Source: Candidatus Blochmanniella floridana (GTDB lineage Bacteria > Pseudomonadota > Gammaproteobacteria > Enterobacterales > Enterobacteriaceae). Taken from it: a stretch of DNA of 32,000 nucleotides. The translations under genes and the position numbers were made by a program. Positions 29,904 through 32,000 of this stretch are shown in pieces; within the stretch, counting starts at the first letter, position 1, and each line of letters starts with the position of its first letter. The notes beneath the pieces were generated by a model. The model ran no database searches. It was given only the letters and a program-made list of their open reading frames with translations, and was not told the origin of the DNA. The DNA is taken from assembly GCA_000043285.1 (NCBI GenBank), contig BX248583.1, positions 510,001 through 542,000 of the forward strand. The letters are read 5' to 3'.

Positions 29904-32000
29904 GGAGCCTCCATCATTTCTATATTACTCACATACATTCCAGAAAAAAATACAGGAATACCTGGAAACCCCATGGGTAATCCAATATGTTTTTTAGGAA
30001 GATCCATACTAAATTTAACTGGCAAACACAACACTTGATCCATGCACGTAAATTTAATATACATATTTTCTTGTATATTTATATATTTAGCATCTAATAT
30101 ATTAAGCATCGCATAAGGATTTAACATACAATTTTTAATACATTCAACGTTTTGAGAGGTCTCTTCACTACCAAATAAATGCCAATAAGGAGCCACTATC
30201 CATTTATTTGTATATTTAGAAATATTCAAAGAATTAGATGCAAATTTTAACCAATTTATACTTTTATAAAGATTATCATCAATACATTTATTCTCTTGTC
30301 CCGTATCAAATAACAAAACTCCTGGATCAGATGGATACAAATTACCACCTATTTGATCCTGAAATTTATTCCAAGCTTGTGGAGAATTCCAACCTGGAGC
30401 CCAAACAAATGGTATTTGATTATACGAACATTTTTTACTATAATTACCACTATTACCTTCCATAGAAAAAGTAAACATCGTATTATCATTTATTGGAGTA
30501 CTAGTTTCATGAACATTCACATTAGCATTTATAGAAGTTCGACCGCTATATCTATGAGTAGATTGAGCTAATTTTTGACCATGTACTCTAAAATTTGACT
30601 TTGGAGAAGCATATTTAATTTTTTTTAATTCTGGAAAACAACATGCAATAGAATCAATTATATAATCAATATTTACTGCTTTAACTCTAGTACAATTAAC
30701 ATAAGTATCATGTATCAAATATAACCATTTCCAACTTTCTAAAATATCCGAATTTTTATCATAATTTTGAGGATTATATAATTTAAAAAATCTTTGAGCC
30801 CTTCCTTCATAATTAATAACAGTACCATCACTTTCAGCAAAACTAGAAACAGGAAAAATCAAATCTGCTTTATCTTGAATTATATTATATTGATGATCTA
30901 ATACTATTAAATAATTTATATTACTCAACATTTTATTAATTTTTGCCACACTAGCATGACGATATAAATCATTTTCTAATATTATGACAGTATTAAATAC
31001 TGCATTACCATTATTTGTATCACTTAACGTATTAAATACATCATCTACACTTTTAGATGTCATCATAGATAAACCAATGCTATTGACATCATGATCAACT
31101 AACACAAGTCCAACATCACTTTTCTTTCTTTTTAAGGCATAAGCAATATTCACAGCAGCTATAATCAATTCCTTACTTCCTGAATTACTACCAGATACAA
31201 TTAATGGCTTCCTAGCACACATTAACTTTTCTACTACTAAATCTAATTTAGTAATATCTAATCCATTCAAATTAAAATCTTTAACAAAAGAAACTTGATT
31301 ATCCACAGCATATGCTATAGAAAACCCAAATCGAGCTTGATTTTGCACTGAATCATAATACGTATACATCGCAATATCATCTAATTTTGTTTTATCAATT
31401 CCAGTAATAAATAAAGGATACTTAGCATCTTGAGCAAAATTAGTAACAGCTAAAGATTGCCACTTATAAATTCCTACATATTTTGCCATATGATCAGACT
31501 TACTCCTAACAGCTTGACGAATGGCTAATGCAATACGAGCGCTAGTTTGTGTTACATCTTCACCTAATATTAATATTGCATCATAATTCTCTATATCACA
31601 TACTGATGGAATATATATACCGCTATTACGTAATATCTCGAAAATTAACGATAATCGTTCTTGTTCAAAAAAACTCATTCCAGAATAAAAATTATCTGCA
31701 CCTACTAAATTTCTCAGAGCAAAATTACTTTCAATACTAGCTCTTGTAGATCCAATCCCAATAATTTTATTACTACTTTTTAATATATTGACACAATCTT
31801 GTACTGCATCAACTGCGTTTATTTCAATATAACCACAATTATTTTGTTTTTTTAATAATTTTTGAGGTCGATTTTTGATATGAATATAATTACAACCAAA
31901 TCTTCCTCGATCACACAAAAAATAACCATTAACTTTGCTATTATAACGATTTTCAACTCTACATAATTTTCCGTAACGTTCACCCAAAATAATATTACAT
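29900..32000 (-). CDS. nuoG: NADH-quinone oxidoreductase subunit G; 5' end lies beyond the window edge (about 200 N-terminal codons missing)
   Basis: The frame stays open from 31987 to base 32000 (…C-N-I-I-L-G-E-R…). The 'M' of the ORF track is a TTG Leu codon inside the gene. [13 protein letters not shown] is a NuoG block. Size and position (4-nt overlap with the nuoH start) fit the roughly 908-aa E. coli protein. Confidence 0.95.

Noticed and set aside
29707-29997. 96-aa ORF antisense across the nuoH start and nuoG end
   Set aside because: Antisense to two conserved, overlapping genes. No homology recognised. Spurious.
30238-30571. Two overlapping ORFs (75 and 72 aa) antisense to nuoG; also 31549-31740 (63 aa)
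   Set aside because: All lie inside the conserved nuoG frame on the opposite strand with low-complexity translations. Spurious.
1-32000. Search for CRISPR arrays, IS elements or inverted terminal repeats, integrases, phage genes, toxin-antitoxin pairs, secretion or defence islands, or any orphan ORF cluster
   Set aside because: None found. Every ORF longer than about 100 aa is a recognisable housekeeping orthologue. The spacers (433 bp at most) contain no regularly spaced repeats and no ORFs with start signals. I therefore do not claim a novel system in this window.

Overview
AT-rich window (by eye high-20s % GC overall; hand-counted spacers are 14-20 % GC), gene-dense, standard code (TGA is used as a stop). 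It looks like a reduced-genome, Enterobacterales-derived insect endosymbiont. My guess is a Blochmannia-like lineage rather than Buchnera, because ubiG is kept together with nuo and the full his operon, but this cannot be proven without a search. All 27 CDS are recognisable housekeeping orthologues. Layout: hisG'(partial)-D-C-B-H-A-F-I on +, gnd on -, metG on +, folE on -, rplY on +, then ddlA, an OmpC-type porin and gyrA on -, then ubiG, nrdA, nrdB and yfaE on +, then nuoN-M-L-K-J-I-H-G'(partial) on -. Apart from ddlA, the order and orientation are collinear with the E. coli K-12 map from his to nuo, with everything non-essential deleted. I see no tRNA or rRNA, no CRISPR, no IS, phage or integrase genes, no toxin-antitoxin or defence genes, and no unexplained ORF cluster. 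In my reading this is an ordinary core region with no novel multi-gene system. The points worth a second look are small. (1) The 433-bp porin-gyrA spacer holds a CTATCA/TGATAG/CTATCA overlapping-palindrome cluster. It runs into a stretch resembling the 5' end of E. coli micF, in the syntenic divergent position, and this stretch is also partly complementary to the porin start-codon region. (2) GyrA carries Val83/Glu87 in the quinolone-resistance-determining region and has lost the acidic C-terminal tail. (3) MetG lacks the C-terminal tRNA-binding/dimerisation domain. (4) ddlA is the only gene out of E. coli order. (5) hisH contains an in-frame A11 tract, and other genes contain many A9/T9 tracts. 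(6) Two unusually perfect terminator palindromes stand out in a genome region otherwise poor in structure.
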